Assembly: GCF_036588685.1 (NCBI RefSeq)
Contig: NC_086376.1
Span: forward strand, 4,464,001 to 4,528,000
Origin: Mytilus trossulus
Lineage: Eukaryota
DNA: 64,000 nucleotides
Reading direction: 5' to 3'
Shown: positions 62,086 through 64,000 of the stretch, piece after piece
Layout of the letters: the number at the start of each line of letters is the position of its first letter
How positions within the stretch are numbered: position 1 is the stretch's first letter
Notes under the pieces: model-generated
The model's database searches: none
Seen by the model: only the letters and a program-made list of their open reading frames with translations
Told to the model about the DNA's origin: nothing
Position numbers and translations under genes: made by a program

Positions 62086-63351
62086 AAGTCTGTTAAATAC
62101 GTTTGAATCTTGTGCAACCTTAGGGTTTATAGACATATCTGAAAATAGGCTCCTACTTAATTATTTTTCTACATTGGCTAGAGGTATTAGGGGTGAGATC
62201 TCATAAACATGTTTAACCCCGCCGCATTTTTGCGCCTGTCCCAAGTCAGGAGTATATTTTGTATGTGCCTGTCCCAAGTAAGAAGCCTATAGTTTCGTGG
62301 TTGCCGATGATTCATGTTTGTCGACTTATTTCTGATTTTTTGTAAAACAAAAATAGAGCCGATCATACAGTATGGGTTTTTGTCATTATTGAAGGCCGTA
62401 TGGTTGCCTGTCATCCCAATAGTCTAGATCATGCCATAAAATCATAAAATGCCGGGTGGCCCACTTTATTCGACTCGATTTACCCCCCCCCCCCCACACA
62501 CACACCACTTTATATCGCTAAAAAAGGAAAATGCATAAATTGAAAACAGCACTCGATCTAAAACTACAAATGCAATTGAGCTGAAAATTTACTTGGCCTC
62601 ACAGGCACTCGTGTTAGAAAAATTAAGGTATCAGTTATATTTTTTTCTGAAAAAAGTGACTGTGCTTGATCTTTTTTCAAGCAATACAACAGTGCGCACA
62701 GTTTTTAAACAAAGTCAGTGTTTGATTAAAAGGGAAAAATTCCTGCTACGCTCAATATAATTGGAACGTTTTTGACCATTAACCCAGTTAAACAACGGGA
62801 TCTTAAGTTTTTCGTAAATGGCCGAGAAATTGATTTTGCTATTCTCTCATGCACCGCTTGCTTGGAAGCATTTGTTCTTCTCGAGTGATTTTGCGGCTAA
62901 GGCTTGGGGGACGGTAAGGGGTATGGGTTTTTTTGGCGACAAGACGAAAGAAATTTTCTTTCAATTTAAGCATATGCTGAGGCTGGATAGCTCCCCCCGG
63001 CCAGAACATCAAATGGTTGCTGTTGGATTAAGCATAATTTTTTAAACGTTCTTTTTTGGAGATTTTCTTTTGTCACTGTTTTACTTAATTTTGGTAAATT
63101 GTGGATTTGAAATCTGAAATTAATATACAGATGGTCGAAACACGATGGGGTGGGTTCGAAGTCCCCGGAGGTGTGGCATAGCATGACCCCTCCAAGATTG
63201 GCAAAATTTAAGAACGATCAAAAATAGAACTACTCGAAAACTACAAATGGGATTATGCTGCAAATAAAAATTGACCTGTATTTCTGATGGTGCTAAATCA
63301 TTGAACAAGATTGAAAAACATCATTTGTTCCAATCTCAACTTGTAATCTAG

Positions 63352-63745
63352 GGCAGATATCTAAAAATACCTCGAGACAATAGAACATGTCTAACTTGTA
63401 AAACCTTAGAAGATGAAAATCATTTTCTTCTCCACTGTCAAATTAATAACGTTTTACGTATAAAACTTTTTAATGACATGGCAATAGATAATCCTATGTT
63501 TTCAAATCTATCTGATACACAAAAACTAGTAATCCTACTAAATCCTTCTAATATAAACCAAGTGAAAAAAACAGGTTCCTTTATAAAACAGTCTTTAGAG
63601 CTGGGGACAGGGGACTCTTAGTTAGTTTTACTAGTATATATATAGATATGTGTGTGTTCAACTCAGTTATTTTATTGTTGTTGTTACTTTTGTTTATGTC
63701 ACAAGTATAATGTTGCTTATATGACAAATAAAGATTATTAATTCA
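63352..63745 (+). mobile_element. 3' end of a non-LTR retrotransposon (LINE ORF2 C-terminus with CCHC zinc knuckle), 5'-truncated
   Basis: Open frame 63352-63621 GRYLKIPRDNRTCLTCKTLEDENHFLLHC...SFIKQSLELGTGDS*, then a 3' UTR ending aataaagattatta. Confidence 0.8.
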
Positions 63746-64000
63746 AATAAATGTATACATTGTATTTCACCTTTTAACCCCATACAGTAGTGAAATTTTT
63801 TATTCATGCAATCGGCAACAAATGTACACATTGTGTATCTATATCATCGTTAAGGATTGAAAGGTCGAATACAATGTATAAACAATTACACAAAGAAGTT
63901 TATTTAAACAACAAACACGTGTCAAGAATTTGAAATGAATTTAGAAATTTCCAACATGCGAAACCTTAATTTTTATACAAAATCGGCTTAAATGGTAGCA

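Overview
AT-rich eukaryotic (intron-containing) genomic DNA. The repeat landscape and gene style suggest a bivalve mollusc, probably a Mytilus-type mussel (inference). Left end, minus strand: the 5' part of a CREB3/Luman/CREB-H-like bZIP gene, with what look like two alternative first coding exons. Next comes a 100-N assembly gap and a four-exon orphan coiled-coil gene carrying an in-frame stop. From about 12 to 55 kb on the plus strand lies a tandem cluster of four paralogous five-exon genes (called A-D here) for secreted Gly/Ser-rich low-complexity proteins. All four share a signal peptide, exactly two lysines (one near each mature end), a terminal Tyr encoded by a micro-exon, and a conserved 22-aa central heptad helix; B, C and D also share a promoter module. 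Intergenic and intronic DNA holds Penelope-like retrotransposon fragments, MITEs, a tRNA-derived SINE, a LINE 3' end and minisatellites. At 55.77-57.55 kb is a near-perfect 566-bp tandem array in which each unit carries an intact type I hammerhead ribozyme with a palindromic stem III (retrozyme-like, potential circRNA producer). Most ORFs in the supplied track are spurious or antisense shadows. Exon structures were inferred by hand from GT-AG sites and reading-frame phase.
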